From Flavobacteriales bacterium (lineage in GTDB: Bacteria > Bacteroidota > Bacteroidia > Flavobacteriales_C > GCA-002722245), in NCBI GenBank assembly GCA_002717515.1, contig PBEC01000011.1, positions 41,902 through 105,901 of the forward strand: DNA of 64,000 nucleotides, in the 5' to 3' direction. Of the stretch, positions 28,230 through 40,000 are shown piece after piece; position 1 is the stretch's first letter, and every line of letters begins with the position of its first letter. The notes under the pieces were generated by a model that worked only from the letters and a program-made list of their open reading frames with translations, searched no databases and was not told where the DNA came from. Made by a program: the position numbers and the translations under genes.

Positions 28230-29000
28230 ATGCTCAGGTCAAGAATAATTCCATGTTTATTGGTTCATAATAAAGGTTTAGTAAAAACAGTAAACTTCAA
28301 AAACCCTAAATATGTTGGAGACCCGATTAATGCGGTTAAAATATTCAATGAAAAGGAAGTAGACGAATTAATAGTTTTGGATATTGATGCAACAGTTGAA
28401 AAACGAAAGCCCAATTTTCAAATGATTAAAAATTTAGCAACAGAATGTAGAATGCCTCTTTGTTATGGAGGGGGAGTCACAACGCCGGAGGATGCAAAAA
28501 AAATCATAAAATTAGGAGCAGAAAAGGTTGCGTTAAGTGCTGCCGCAATTGAAAATCCAGATCTTATTAAAACAATTGGAAAAGAGGTTGGTTTACAAAG
28601 TGTTGTTGTTGTAATAGACGTAAAAAAGAAGGGGATTTTTGGCAAATATGAAGTATTCACACACAACGGCAAAAAATCAACAGGTCTTAACCCTGTCGAA
28701 TTTGCAAAAAGCATCGAAAAGATTGGGGTTGGAGAAATTGTAATCAACTCAATTGACCAGGAAGGCACCATGAAAGGGTATGACTTTAAGCTTTTTGAAA
28801 GCATAAGAAAACATATTTCTGTTCCTTTAACCATTATGGGTGGAGCTGGCTCGAGTGAGCACATTAAAGAAGCCATCAACAAATTCGGTGTAATTGGCGC
28901 TGCTGCTGGAAGCTTATTTGTTTTTAAAGGAAAATATAGAGCCGTTTTAATTCAATACGTTGATAAAACTTTGTTTTTTGAAAAAAATAAAGGGCGGTAA
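28230..29000 (+). CDS. imidazole-glycerol-phosphate-synthase cyclase-subunit HisF paralog (WbuZ-like)
   Basis: (beta/alpha)8 HisA/HisF fold with RIIPCLLVHNKGLVKT, DELIVLDID and GGAGSSEHI. It is the last gene of the + strand locus. Confidence 0.8.
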   Translation: MLRSRIIPCLLVHNKGLVKTVNFKNPKYVGDPINAVKIFNEKEVDELIVLDIDATVEKRKPNFQMIKNLATECRMPLCYGGGVTTPEDAKKIIKLGAEKVALSAAAIENPDLIKTIGKEVGLQSVVVVIDVKKKGIFGKYEVFTHNGKKSTGLNPVEFAKSIEKIGVGEIVINSIDQEGTMKGYDFKLFESIRKHISVPLTIMGGAGSSEHIKEAINKFGVIGAAAGSLFVFKGKYRAVLIQYVDKTLFFEKNKGR

Positions 29001-29013
29001 ATCACTCCGCCCT
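28991..29013 (+). terminator. putative stem-loop terminator at the end of the polysaccharide locus (stem AGGGCGG/CCGCCCT, 9-nt loop)
   Basis: Inverted repeat agggcgg-taaatcact-ccgccct overlapping the TAA stop of the HisF-like gene. It is GC-rich in an AT-rich genome. The downstream tract is only weakly T-rich. Confidence 0.35.
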
Positions 29014-29193
29014 AATATCTTGCTCTTCAGTTCATCTGTCAGGATTTGTTAGAAGAAACATCTTTTAAGTAACACTTATTATAACAACGACAAATAGTTA
29101 AAAATGTTACGTCAAATTAAAAAAACACCACTTTATCTAATAACAAATTGGATTAATCACCCCATCTATTCTGCACAACATCTAAGTTATTAG

Positions 29194-29201
29194 TACTTTT
29201 G
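29194..29201 (+). promoter_or_regulatory. candidate Bacteroidetes -7 promoter element (TAnnTTTG: TACTTTTG) upstream of leuS
   Basis: TACTTTTG matches the Bacteroidetes sigma-A -7 consensus and lies 21 bp upstream of the leuS ATG. No convincing -33 TTTG is seen at the canonical spacing. Confidence 0.25.
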
Positions 29202-29221
29202 CAATGATTTAAAGCAATATT

Positions 29222-31984
29222 ATGGATTATAACTTTATTGAGGTTGAAAAAAAATGGAGGAAAAAATGGGCTGAAAATAAAACCTATAAAACCTCAAATA
29301 CTTCAAATAAAACGAAATGTTATGTGTTAGACATGTTTCCATACCCATCTGGAGCAGGACTTCACGTAGGACATCCTCTTGGATATATTGCTTCCGACAT
29401 TTATGCTCGTTACAAAACACTCAAGGGTTATAATGTTTTACATCCGATGGGATATGATGCTTTTGGATTACCTGCGGAGCAATATGCTATTCAAACGGGA
29501 CAACATCCAAAAATCACCACTGATGCTAATTTAGTTCGGTACAGAGAGCAGTTAGATAAAATAGGCTTTTCATTCGATTGGGATAGAGAAATTAGAACAT
29601 CTGATCCGAATTACTACAAATGGACACAATGGATTTTTGCTCAGCTTTTTAAATCATGGTTCAACAACCAAAGTCAAAAAGCAGAAAATATAGATGCTCT
29701 TATACTGGTTTTTGAAAATGAGGGAAACAAAGACGTTAATGCGGCATGCGAAGAAACACCCTTGTTTACAGCAAAAGAATGGAATGCGAAAACAGAAAAA
29801 GAGCAATCGGACATCCTTTTAAATTATCGTTTAGCCTATTTAAGTGAATCAATGGTCAACTGGTGTCCTGCTTTGGGTACCGTACTCGCAAACGACGAAG
29901 TAATTAATGGACTCTCTGAACGAGGCGGTCATCCAGTAGAAAGAAAGATGATGCTTCAATGGAGTTTAAGAATCTCTGCTTATGCTGAACGATTACTGCA
30001 AGGTTTAGAAGGAATCGACTGGACAGACTCTTTAAAAGAAATGCAGCGCAACTGGATTGGTAAATCCACAGGAGCTTCTGTCAACTTTAAAATAGCTCGT
30101 TCTAAAAAATCAATTGAAGTTTTTACAACTCGTCCTGATACGATCTTTGGAGTTTCGTTTATGGTTATCGCACCAGAACATGAGTATGTTGATGAATTAA
30201 CCTCATCTGAGCAAAAATCAACTGTCGAAAAATATGTGACGGCGGCCAAAAACAAAAGTGAACGTGAAAGAATGGCGGACGTAAAAAACGTTACAGGTGT
30301 TTTTACTGGGGCCTATGCCATTCATCCATTTACAGGTCAAGAAATTCCAATATGGGTTGGAGATTACGTATTGGCAGGATACGGAACAGGAGCAGTAATG
30401 GCAGTTGCTGCTCACGATTCTCGTGATTATGCTTTTGCTAAACAATTCAATCTACCAATCCTTCCAGTAATTGAAGGAGGAAACATTCAGGAGGAAGCAT
30501 ACGAAGCTAAATCTGGAAAGGTAATTAACTCTGATTTCTTAGATGGTTTAAAGGTAAAGCAGGCTATTAAAACAGCCATCTGGAAAATTGAGAGTGAAGG
30601 TTTAGGAAAAGGAAAGACAAATTACCGTTTAAGAGATGCGATTTTTGGAAGACAAAGATACTGGGGAGAGCCTATCCCTATGATTTTCGAAAATGGAATT
30701 CCGAAGTTACTGGATGAATCAAATTATCCGTTAACTCTTCCAGAGGTTGATGAATACTTGCCCACTGAGGACGGTGACCCTCCTTTAGGAAGAGCAAAAA
30801 ATTGGAAGCCAGAAAATGGCGACCATTACGAATTAAGCACAATGCCGGGGTGGGCTGGATCCTCTTGGTATTATCTGCGTTATATGGACCCTCAAAACAA
30901 TGGGACGTTTGCCTCAAGAGAAGCGACAGATTACTGGAATCAGGTTGACCTTTATATTGGTGGAACCGAACACGCAACCGGTCATTTATTATACTCGAGG
31001 TTTTGGTGTAAACTTTTGTTTGATTTAGGACATATCGGCTTTGATGAGCCTTTTAAAAAATTAATTAATCAAGGAATGATTTTAGGAACCTCATCAATTG
31101 CCTTTAGGGTAAACGGAACCAACAAATTTGTTTCAAAAGGACTTAAAGATAATTATGACACTACTCCTGTCCATGTAGATGTGAATATGGTTTCTAATGA
31201 CATTTTAGACCTTGACGCATTTAAAGTATGGAGAGCTGATTTTTCCGATGCTGAGTTTGAACTCGAAAATGGAAAATACATCTGTGGAGAAGAGGTTGAA
31301 AAAATGTCAAAATCTAAATTTAACGTCGTAAATCCAGACGATATCGTTCAAGAACACGGTGCGGATGTCCTTAGATTGTATGAAATGTTTCTCGGTCCGT
31401 TAGAACAAGCTAAACCTTGGAGTACAAAAGGAATTGATGGAGTTAGTCGATTTATTCGAAAGTTCTGGAACCTATATCATGATACGGATGGAAACTTTAA
31501 AATTACGGAAGGGAAGCCTTTAAAAGAAGAAATGAAGGTCCTCCATACATTAATTAAAAAAGTACAGGAGGATATTGAAAACTTCTCTTTCAATACTTCG
31601 GTTTCAGCATTCATGGTTTGTGTAAATGAACTTCAAAAATTGAAATGCAATAAGAAAGTTGTGCTTAAAGATTTAGCAATTGTTGTTTCTGCTTATGCTC
31701 CTTTTATCACTGAAGAGCTTTGGTCTTTAATGTGCGAAAAAGGGAGTATTGCACATGCTTCATTCCCAGAATTCAATCCCTCTTATCTAATTGAGAATTC
31801 ATACACTTACCCCATTTCTTTTAATGGAAAAATGAGATTTAAATTGGAATTTCCTCTAAACATGGATAAAGCTGATATAGAAAAACAAGTCCTTAATCAC
31901 GAAGATGCTCAGAAATGGCTAAATGGAAAAACTCCGAAAAAAGTCATTGTTGTCCCAAAGAAAATTGTAAATATTGTCGTTTAA
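29222..31984 (+). CDS. leuS: leucine--tRNA ligase
   Basis: HIGH motif region [16 protein letters not shown] and a KMSKS motif. The 920-aa length and the CP1 editing domain are typical of bacterial LeuS. Confidence 0.95.
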   Translation: MDYNFIEVEKKWRKKWAENKTYKTSNTSNKTKCYVLDMFPYPSGAGLHVGHPLGYIASDIYARYKTLKGYNVLHPMGYDAFGLPAEQYAIQTGQHPKITTDANLVRYREQLDKIGFSFDWDREIRTSDPNYYKWTQWIFAQLFKSWFNNQSQKAENIDALILVFENEGNKDVNAACEETPLFTAKEWNAKTEKEQSDILLNYRLAYLSESMVNWCPALGTVLANDEVINGLSERGGHPVERKMMLQWSLRISAYAERLLQGLEGIDWTDSLKEMQRNWIGKSTGASVNFKIARSKKSIEVFTTRPDTIFGVSFMVIAPEHEYVDELTSSEQKSTVEKYVTAAKNKSERERMADVKNVTGVFTGAYAIHPFTGQEIPIWVGDYVLAGYGTGAVMAVAAHDSRDYAFAKQFNLPILPVIEGGNIQEEAYEAKSGKVINSDFLDGLKVKQAIKTAIWKIESEGLGKGKTNYRLRDAIFGRQRYWGEPIPMIFENGIPKLLDESNYPLTLPEVDEYLPTEDGDPPLGRAKNWKPENGDHYELSTMPGWAGSSWYYLRYMDPQNNGTFASREATDYWNQVDLYIGGTEHATGHLLYSRFWCKLLFDLGHIGFDEPFKKLINQGMILGTSSIAFRVNGTNKFVSKGLKDNYDTTPVHVDVNMVSNDILDLDAFKVWRADFSDAEFELENGKYICGEEVEKMSKSKFNVVNPDDIVQEHGADVLRLYEMFLGPLEQAKPWSTKGIDGVSRFIRKFWNLYHDTDGNFKITEGKPLKEEMKVLHTLIKKVQEDIENFSFNTSVSAFMVCVNELQKLKCNKKVVLKDLAIVVSAYAPFITEELWSLMCEKGSIAHASFPEFNPSYLIENSYTYPISFNGKMRFKLEFPLNMDKADIEKQVLNHEDAQKWLNGKTPKKVIVVPKKIVNIVV

Positions 31985-32009
31985 TAAAAACGATTGATAA
32001 TCCTGTCTA

Positions 32010-32642
32010 TTGAAAAAAATAATACGAATAACCTCTTTAAGTTTTGTGATGTTTTACATCACTGCGGCGCTTTTTTATCCTGACTTTTTCAACCCTTTAA
32101 AACTGTTTTTTTGTGACTTAATGCAAATCCAATCTGAAACTCATAAATCTTTAAACTTTGGACGTCCTTTTGCTTTATTGTCTTTGATTAGCATATCATG
32201 TGTAATTGCATCATTTTTTATTTGGTTTTCCAATCAAACACAATGGACAAAACCCAAAAAGCTGTTCACGAAAATAAGCGGAAGTGCTGCTGCTTTTTTT
32301 ACCGTTTTTCTTTTCACCAGTTTACACGATGAGCTTATTTTAATTGCTTCAATTGTTGGTGCTTTTCCTATTTCTTTAGTAGGTTTGGAATTACTAAAAA
32401 TGAAAAAAAAATGCGCACCTGTTTTAGGGTGTTCTGCCCTATTTCTTCTTACATTCTATAACTTAAGTTTCTATCTTAATCTTTTTGAATTATTGTGGCC
32501 AACAATTCAAAAAATCTCCATTTTTCTTTGCTTACTATGGATAAACATTTTTATTTCAAAACAAAAAAATTACATCCCTCTTACTAAACAAGACAAATAT
32601 CGCTTCAAAACACTTAGAAAACGAAAAGCGTATGCGTCATGA
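32010..32642 (+). CDS. hypothetical membrane protein
   Basis: 4-5 hydrophobic helices. Start uncertain (TTG at 32010, or ATG at 32049). No recognisable motifs. Confidence 0.4.
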   Translation: MKKIIRITSLSFVMFYITAALFYPDFFNPLKLFFCDLMQIQSETHKSLNFGRPFALLSLISISCVIASFFIWFSNQTQWTKPKKLFTKISGSAAAFFTVFLFTSLHDELILIASIVGAFPISLVGLELLKMKKKCAPVLGCSALFLLTFYNLSFYLNLFELLWPTIQKISIFLCLLWINIFISKQKNYIPLTKQDKYRFKTLRKRKAYAS

Positions 32643-33017
32643 TATTTATAACCGATTTTTTCACTCTTCCCATAAGCCAAACACCATTCATCTCTCCCCT
32701 TAAAACCAGAACACTATATCCTAACTTGTAAAAACCGCAGCACAATCACACACGACTTTTTGAATTTATTCTGTACTATTTTATATCCAAATTTAGACTC
32801 TACAAACTTTAATTATCAAGAAATCAAAAGTATTTATCCGAATGGAATTATGCTAATAACAGATCAATAAGTTAATGCTTTCTCTCATAACCAAATATCA
32901 CATTGCTTGGGAAGATTCTTTAAAAAAGGTAAATACAAGACTCCTATGTCATAAAGCCAGGTAACTTACGGTTTAGGCTTATTTTAACCTCCTTTCAGCT
33001 ACCTTCTCAAAAAGAAA

Positions 33018-35036
33018 TTATTGCTGTTCAAAAACCAATGTAATCTTATTGAAATCAGCAGCTGCATTTATAACCGTTCTGAATTCCTCATAACGCTCTA
33101 AAGGAACAGAAATTTCATCATAATATTCATAACAAATAACTTTCAGATTATTTCCATTAAGTTCGTATTTACTGGTAAACTCCATTGTGTTTTTACCATC
33201 TTTTGAGGATGAATAGTCCATGTTTAAATCACTCAAGTTGGTGATTTTATATCCTTCTGGAATTTTTATGTTTAATACTCTTTTGTAGCCATGATTGTAT
33301 CTATTTTCCACATCGAACTTTCTAGCTGTGTCCTGATACATTTCGACTTGAGCACCAATTACTAAGCCCATTTTAAATAAAAACTTTTTTCCTGCCTGCT
33401 CTATTAAAGATGACGACTCTGCATCCCCTTCATAAATATATGGTTTCGCCAGCATATACCCCTCCATCTCTTCATTCTCGGTGGTAATATTCGATATTTC
33501 CGCATCTTCCGCAAAAGATTTTAGATTCTCCTTTAAAATTTCTTCTTTCTGTTCTTCAGTTGCTAACGCCATATATGGCCTGGTGTAAGCAGCGCTATAC
33601 CCACTGGTTTCATGTTTAACATGAGCCAAAACTTTTTCAAAATCTTCGTCAAACTCTATATCTAAGGTCATATTGTCGTAATTAACGTCACTATTTGTCC
33701 CTGCAATTTCTCTTATTTCTGGATAAAAAGAGCGAACGCCTCCTGCCTTAACAGGTTTTATGAATAATCCTTTATGATATGCATAAGAACTTGGTATGAG
33801 ACCAAACCTCATAAAATCATTTGTAGGAGCCATGTATTGATCAAGTTTAGGGAAATAAAATAAGGAAGCTTCAAGATAATTGTAGGTCTCAAAATCTTCA
33901 TCAAATTGTTTTTTAAAACGATTACAAGTTACAACAACCTCGTGCTCAATATCTAACAAATCAAAAATTCTGGCATAAATTCTCATCGCATTTTGTTTGC
34001 TGTATACCTTTTGTTTCAAAGGTTCGTGAATATAATATCTTCCGGTTTGCCCACGTTTTAAATTGCCTTTTATGTAGTGTTCTATTGCAATAATTTTATT
34101 TTTTTCATTTTCAATTTTATCCCACTTTTCTCGTTTTATGAGCCCTTTAATTACCTTGGTCTCCTTTTTAATATCTTTTTCACTGTTTCCCTCATAAATT
34201 CTTTTCGAATAAATTTTTGTGGCCTTGCTGTAACTAAAGAAGTTTCTTTGATTTTGATTTTCTAATTCAAATAGTTTCACTTCGGCCCTTTTTATCAAGG
34301 CATCTCCTTTCGAATAATCCTCCTCTTTAAATTTTTCAACTTCATTTAAATGCAAAACATATCTATTCACATCTACTGCGGAAGTATCGTCTATGACTTC
34401 CTCCAAATTATTGTATGATTTTGTTTTAATGAGAAAATCTTCAGGAACCGTTAATTCATAATGAAAATGTCGTTTGGGATATTCATCTTGAACCTTTACT
34501 TCAAAATAAAAGCTATTAAATCTACCTGGTTCTTTTATTGAATAAGTATATTCTATTTCACTTCCAACCTCAATACCCTCAAGGGCGAATATTGTAAACG
34601 GACCATAGTTTTCATAATTTTCAACCTCTTTTTTATTGCTGTCATCAAATTCTATTATTTTACCATTTTTGTTTATCGCGCGCGCCTTTAAATTAATTAC
34701 ATCTCGAGAGTTTGACATGGAAATATACACCTTGTTAAAGTTCTCTACTGCTTTATCGTTATTCAACCGAATTCTTTTGTAGTATAAATTTTCTTCAATC
34801 AATACATCATCATAAACCGTCCCTGATTTGGGGTCGACAAATGTACCGTATTCGTACTTGCAAACATTTACATCGGATATGTAAACTGCATTACTCTTTT
34901 TTTCTTCTTCTGTTAAGTTTGTTAAAACAGGCGTTTCCTCCCAGAAATCCTCGTTAAAAGATTCTGCAACACCCTCTACTTGAGCTAAAAGGGATATTGA
35001 AATACTAAACAACGACAATAATAATTTAACCTTCAT
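33018..35036 (-). CDS. secreted DUF3857-like protein (672 aa)
   Basis: Signal peptide MKVKLLLSLFSISISLLAQ. It is acidic and rich in Lys/Glu. It lies 25 bp downstream of, and is co-oriented with, the transglutaminase-like gene. The family assignment is by context and overall similarity to Flavobacterial DUF3857 partner proteins. Confidence 0.5.
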   Translation of the reverse strand: MKVKLLLSLFSISISLLAQVEGVAESFNEDFWEETPVLTNLTEEEKKSNAVYISDVNVCKYEYGTFVDPKSGTVYDDVLIEENLYYKRIRLNNDKAVENFNKVYISMSNSRDVINLKARAINKNGKIIEFDDSNKKEVENYENYGPFTIFALEGIEVGSEIEYTYSIKEPGRFNSFYFEVKVQDEYPKRHFHYELTVPEDFLIKTKSYNNLEEVIDDTSAVDVNRYVLHLNEVEKFKEEDYSKGDALIKRAEVKLFELENQNQRNFFSYSKATKIYSKRIYEGNSEKDIKKETKVIKGLIKREKWDKIENEKNKIIAIEHYIKGNLKRGQTGRYYIHEPLKQKVYSKQNAMRIYARIFDLLDIEHEVVVTCNRFKKQFDEDFETYNYLEASLFYFPKLDQYMAPTNDFMRFGLIPSSYAYHKGLFIKPVKAGGVRSFYPEIREIAGTNSDVNYDNMTLDIEFDEDFEKVLAHVKHETSGYSAAYTRPYMALATEEQKEEILKENLKSFAEDAEISNITTENEEMEGYMLAKPYIYEGDAESSSLIEQAGKKFLFKMGLVIGAQVEMYQDTARKFDVENRYNHGYKRVLNIKIPEGYKITNLSDLNMDYSSSKDGKNTMEFTSKYELNGNNLKVICYEYYDEISVPLERYEEFRTVINAAADFNKITLVFEQQ

Positions 35037-35061
35037 TTTTTCAGTGTGTAGAATGTATTAT

Positions 35062-37014
35062 TTATTTTCTCTTGATGATTATAACTTCCTTGTAGGCTTT
35101 TTTCAACTTTTTAATCATTGAATTCCACTCTTCAAATTGAGGTTCCTCGATTAACAAAGTATCCACATAAATATTTTTTTTCAATACTATTTTCCCCTCC
35201 TTTTTCTCGTATGTAATTTTGAAACCGAAATCATTCCCCTTAAACTCTGCATCGTTTGGAACAAAGGCAAGTTCAAAACCTTCAGGAAGTTCAAACTCAA
35301 CCTCATATCTTAAGTCCATCTTGTGTTTAAATTGTCTTGCAATTCCTTTTCTTTCCTCAATATCCAGTTTACTGTTTTTATAATCTCTATCAAGATTAAG
35401 GTTAATATATGTCTCATCTTCAACTGTTTTACTGTAATCGTCTAAATTAAATTTGTAATTAATAGTTAGAGAAGTATCTCGGTTCTTTAACCCAATAAAA
35501 CTGGACTCATCCACTCTAAATTTATTGTTCCCTTTTTCTAAATAAGATTCAATATAATTTCTTTGATCTTCTTCATTGTTCATATTAGCAAGCCGGTAAA
35601 CGTAGTTAAATTTCTGATACCCCTCAGCCTCTATTTTTCCAGAACCAACTAATTTTGTTCCCAAAAGTTTCATAGAAACAAAATCGTATTCTACATTTTG
35701 CTCTTTATTTACAACCGGAACTCGAAACAACTCATAACGCCCTTCTCCCTTTGAAATCAACGCTTGTTTTCCTTGAATGAATTCGGTAGGATAACCATAT
35801 GGTGTATAAGATCCGACCGCATCCAGAATAACCACTTCATCTGATTCATTTCGATAAGAAGCAATCATATGGTTATCGACTATTGGTGTTGCTATTTCAG
35901 TGTAATCGTAGGGTAGGTCATCACTTCCAATCCATGTAATATTTGCTTCTATTCCAGCATACTTCATCATTTCTGTTATAATACTGGCCATGTCTTTACA
36001 ATCTCCATATCTTTTTCTGCATACACTTGCTGCGGAACGGGGAATAAATCCTCCCATACCGTCTTCGAAAGCAACATATTTTATGTTGTCTTGAACCCAA
36101 TTAAAAATTTCTCTTGCCTTTTCGTCTTTCCCTTTTAAATCTTTTACTAAATCCAGGGTAATTGACTTTAAAACGGAATCTTCCTTTAAATTCAAATCCT
36201 TAATTAAAGAGTAATACCAATTGTAGAGGCCATCCAAATTCGGTAACACAGTAATTGTTGTGTCCTTTAATCTCATTTCTCCGATATAGGTTACTATGTG
36301 TGGAGTATAATAGCGTAAATTAGGAGCTCCAAACGAAGATTCATATGCATCTTGATTTTCGACTTTCCAGGTAATCGTGGTAACGCCTCCTTTTTCAACT
36401 TTCGTTTGTTTTATTTCAATTTTATCGGCGTTAAAAAGTTTATAATAAACATCCACATTTGAAGGATAAGAGATACTGTATTCCGATTTCAGAGTAGGAA
36501 GGTAATTCATTAAAAAAGTACTTCCCAAAAATTGAGGTTTCTTTATTACTTCCCTGTAAGCTAAATTTATTTTAGTTCCAGATTCAGAACCCGGGAACCT
36601 GAATGCAATTTGCTTATTGTCGTGAAAAAAATAACTTCCATCGTAAACGTCTTCTGTTTTGAATTCCGTTACTTTGGTTTTTTTTAACTTTTCTGTATCT
36701 CCATTTTTTGGTATGTATGAAAAAGCTTTGATGTTTTGAATTTCTGAAAATTCTGAAAATTGAATGTTTTGATCGCCATAAGCCCTTCCTTTATCACTTA
36801 GATATAAGATTTCCCAATTTACATCACTATATATTTCAAAATCATTCCCTTTTGTGTTAATGACTACATGCTCTTTTTCTGAAAGATATACTGCATGGTC
36901 ATCACTATATTTTTTTTGCAATTCAGAAAGCGATCCACCCTCTTCTGAGGTTTGAGAAAAACCCAATCCTGAAAAAATAAAAAATAAAAAATAAAAAATT
37001 CTTCTCCCCATCAT
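35062..37014 (-). CDS. secreted DUF3857 + transglutaminase-like (papain-fold Cys protease core) protein
   Basis: Signal peptide. Transglutaminase-core motif RYGDCKDMASIITEMMKYAGIEA with the catalytic Cys, followed by downstream His/Asp. It lies 21 bp downstream of the MORN-repeat gene. Confidence 0.6.
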   Translation of the reverse strand: MMGRRIFYFLFFIFSGLGFSQTSEEGGSLSELQKKYSDDHAVYLSEKEHVVINTKGNDFEIYSDVNWEILYLSDKGRAYGDQNIQFSEFSEIQNIKAFSYIPKNGDTEKLKKTKVTEFKTEDVYDGSYFFHDNKQIAFRFPGSESGTKINLAYREVIKKPQFLGSTFLMNYLPTLKSEYSISYPSNVDVYYKLFNADKIEIKQTKVEKGGVTTITWKVENQDAYESSFGAPNLRYYTPHIVTYIGEMRLKDTTITVLPNLDGLYNWYYSLIKDLNLKEDSVLKSITLDLVKDLKGKDEKAREIFNWVQDNIKYVAFEDGMGGFIPRSAASVCRKRYGDCKDMASIITEMMKYAGIEANITWIGSDDLPYDYTEIATPIVDNHMIASYRNESDEVVILDAVGSYTPYGYPTEFIQGKQALISKGEGRYELFRVPVVNKEQNVEYDFVSMKLLGTKLVGSGKIEAEGYQKFNYVYRLANMNNEEDQRNYIESYLEKGNNKFRVDESSFIGLKNRDTSLTINYKFNLDDYSKTVEDETYINLNLDRDYKNSKLDIEERKGIARQFKHKMDLRYEVEFELPEGFELAFVPNDAEFKGNDFGFKITYEKKEGKIVLKKNIYVDTLLIEEPQFEEWNSMIKKLKKAYKEVIIIKRK

Positions 37015-37035
37015 TTAACCCTATTATTAAATTAA

Positions 37036-40000
37036 CTATCGTAAATCAACCTCAATAACAACGTCATCTTTATATTTCAAAACATAAAGTAGGTTACCCT
37101 TGTCGTCATAAAACTTAGCCAAACCGTCTTTTACATCCTGATTATAAGTGATTTCTGAAAGCAACACTCCTTTTTTATTGTATTTTTTTTGTATCCCGTG
37201 TAATCTTCCATAATTATAAGAAGCCTCATACCTCAAAGTTCCGTCCTCATAATAAGCCTTATAATCCCCATGATGATTATTGTTCAAATAATTTGCTTCA
37301 ATCCAAGGTTTTCCATTGCTGTGCATCCTCTTGTAAGGACCTTCATATAAACCGTTCTTTTCCGAATAAGATGAAGCGACATTCCCATCATCAAAATAGG
37401 TTTTAATATCCCCATTCCCATTTATTACTATTGGTTCAATAAGCTTGCCATTTTTTAAATAGCTGTAAGCAACCATTTCTCCTCCGTTATATTTTCTTTT
37501 GATTACAATTTTTCCAAAAGCATCGTAGTTACAAAATTCTCCATGAGTAAAGTCTCCCTCCATGGGAGCAAAAGAATTCAAGGCGCCATTTGGATGGAAA
37601 TACTTCTCTCCAATGACATCACCGTTCTTATCGTAATATGTTATTTCCTTTATCCCACCAGATATGTAATATCTCATAACAGAGTCTTGAGCTACATCCA
37701 ATTCATAAAAAGCCTTGTATGCTAATTTACCATTGTGGTGATAAGTTTTCCACTCTCCTTTTCTCTTTCCATAAACATACTCTCCCTCTTCCTTTAAACT
37801 TCCATCAGGAAAATATGATCGGTACATTCCATGACTCTCCCCATAATTTTTTTGACTTTTTTCAAGAGTCTGACCATTCGGGTAGTAAAAAGTTTTTGTC
37901 CCGTGATGCTCTCCTCCGTCAAGCTTAGACTTAAGATACAAATGTCCTGCGGTACTTTTAAATACGTATTCTCCTTTTCCTTGCGGTGTTTTGATATCAC
38001 AAATAACATTTCCATCCTTATCAAACACTTCCGTTTTATACAAAACGTCTCCTTTATAAAAATAATTCGATCTTTTTTCTCCTGTTATTGAATAAATAGT
38101 AACATGACCATCACTTTTACCATCTATAAAATACACTTCCTTGTAAAGGTTTCCATTTGGGTGATAGTACTTCCATAGGCCTGCTTTTTCTCCTTCAACG
38201 TATTGACCTTCAGCATGTTTTTTTCCATTGTCATAATAAGATTTATATTCTCCATGAAGTTTGTCGTCTTTATAATACATCTCTTGATCAATCCCGCCCC
38301 ATGAATAGTACTCTTTATACTCACCCGATAAAACACCTTTAACATAATTTCTTTTCTCACTAACGTTTCCATTTTTAAAATACACAGTATATTCTCCATG
38401 AAATTTATTTCCTTTTTTTGTTCCTTCTATGTATTTATATCCAAATCGATCGTTCAAAACATATTCCTTTTTCCCACTCGATAAAAGCTCTCCATTTGGG
38501 CCATAATTGTAGTACTTTTTTAACTTCCCCTTTTTAAACACGTGCTCCCAAAGGACCCTATTATCATTGGTATAATCTTTATCGACACCGTGAAGCAATC
38601 CATTATTATATGTTCTGTAAACCAGTGTATCTCCTTTTTTATCAAATTGCACATAGTCGCCATGAAAACTCCCTCCTTTATAATTGTACTTGTAAGCCAA
38701 TGAACCATCGTAATAGTAATCTTTCCATGTACCGTAACGTTGTCCACCCTTAAACTTGCCCTCACTGGCTATATTTCCATTTATATGGTATTCAATATAT
38801 GAACCAGTAGGTTTTCCTTTAGAGTAGTTTATGATTTTTAAAGTATCGCCCAACGGACCGAAAACATAAAGATTACCCTCATTCAATCCTTTTACAACAT
38901 TAACTTCAGAATAAAGCTCCCCATTTGTATAAAACTCTTGAACCTTTCCGTCTAATTTATTTTCCTTAAAATTTTTCAGCAAATAAAAGATCCCTTGGCT
39001 ATTGTATATCTTAATCTCCCCATTTAATTCTCCATCTAAAAATTCACCTCCATAATTTGAACAACCGTTATCTCGAGTAAAATATGCATGGCCGTTAAGA
39101 ACTCCGTCCTTATAAATCCCGGACTCTTTGATGTATCCATCTTGAGAATACCAAATATTTTCACCTATTAGCTTACCTTTTTCATTATATTCTGTTTCTG
39201 CTGATATTTTTCCACTTGGATATAAGTAGGTCCATTTACCCTCTCTAAAGTCTTTTTTGTTTATTTTTCCAAAGGCTTTTAAAATCCCTCTACTGTCCAT
39301 AATGTAGTCTCTTTCATCGATTTCACCATTAACCTTAAACTTGTTGGAATTTATTTGATTTTCCCAGTATTCTGTATTAAACTTTTCAAACGCATCAAAA
39401 TTGTTTTTGTAAGTAGAGATTACTTTCTTAACATAGGGATTGTTAATTACACTCATTACATACAAAATATAACCTTTCTCAAGACCTTTGTTCTTAATTT
39501 CATTGAGAAATTTACCATAATATTTCATCGTAAAATCATCTGATTTTGACTTGTATGAAAATTGCTTAAAGATTAAATCAGTAACGGCGTTGGATATATA
39601 CCTTAATGGTATGTCTGTTTTGTAATCTGCTTTTAAAGCTAATCCTGATGAAATTAAACTGTTGATTTGTTTGTATTCTTTATTATCTTCTTTTTCCCTG
39701 TTTATTTCAAAATTACTTTGCATCATATCGTTCATTCCTCTGAAAGCCTCTTTCAAAGAATTTGAATTTCGATTTGAAATTATCGCCATTTGAAATCCTA
39801 ATATTGCCTGAATCTCACCCCCTTCATCTCCCATTATTTGAGCAAGTAATAAATGAGATGCAGAATGATGCGGATGCTGAATTATTATGGATTGTAATAT
39901 TTCTTTTGCCTCTTCGTATTTTTCTTGCTCCTCAAGCATTTTCGCCCTCAGATATTCAAATCTAAATTTGTAAAGAGGGTATTCAATTGATCCTTCATCA

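Noticed and set aside
27613-29000. Interpreting the HisH/HisF-like genes as histidine biosynthesis
   Set aside because: They are translationally coupled to a PP-loop N-acetyl-sugar amidotransferase at the end of a polysaccharide operon, and no other his genes are adjacent. The WbuY/WbuZ-type paralog interpretation fits the context better.
32643-33017. 375-bp gene-free region between convergent genes, slightly more C-rich than its surroundings; checked for tRNA, ncRNA or a mobile-element remnant
   Set aside because: No tRNA-like T-arm (GGTTCGA...) or acceptor-stem pairing, no inverted repeats, no terminator-like hairpin and no ORF. Nothing is supportable from sequence alone.
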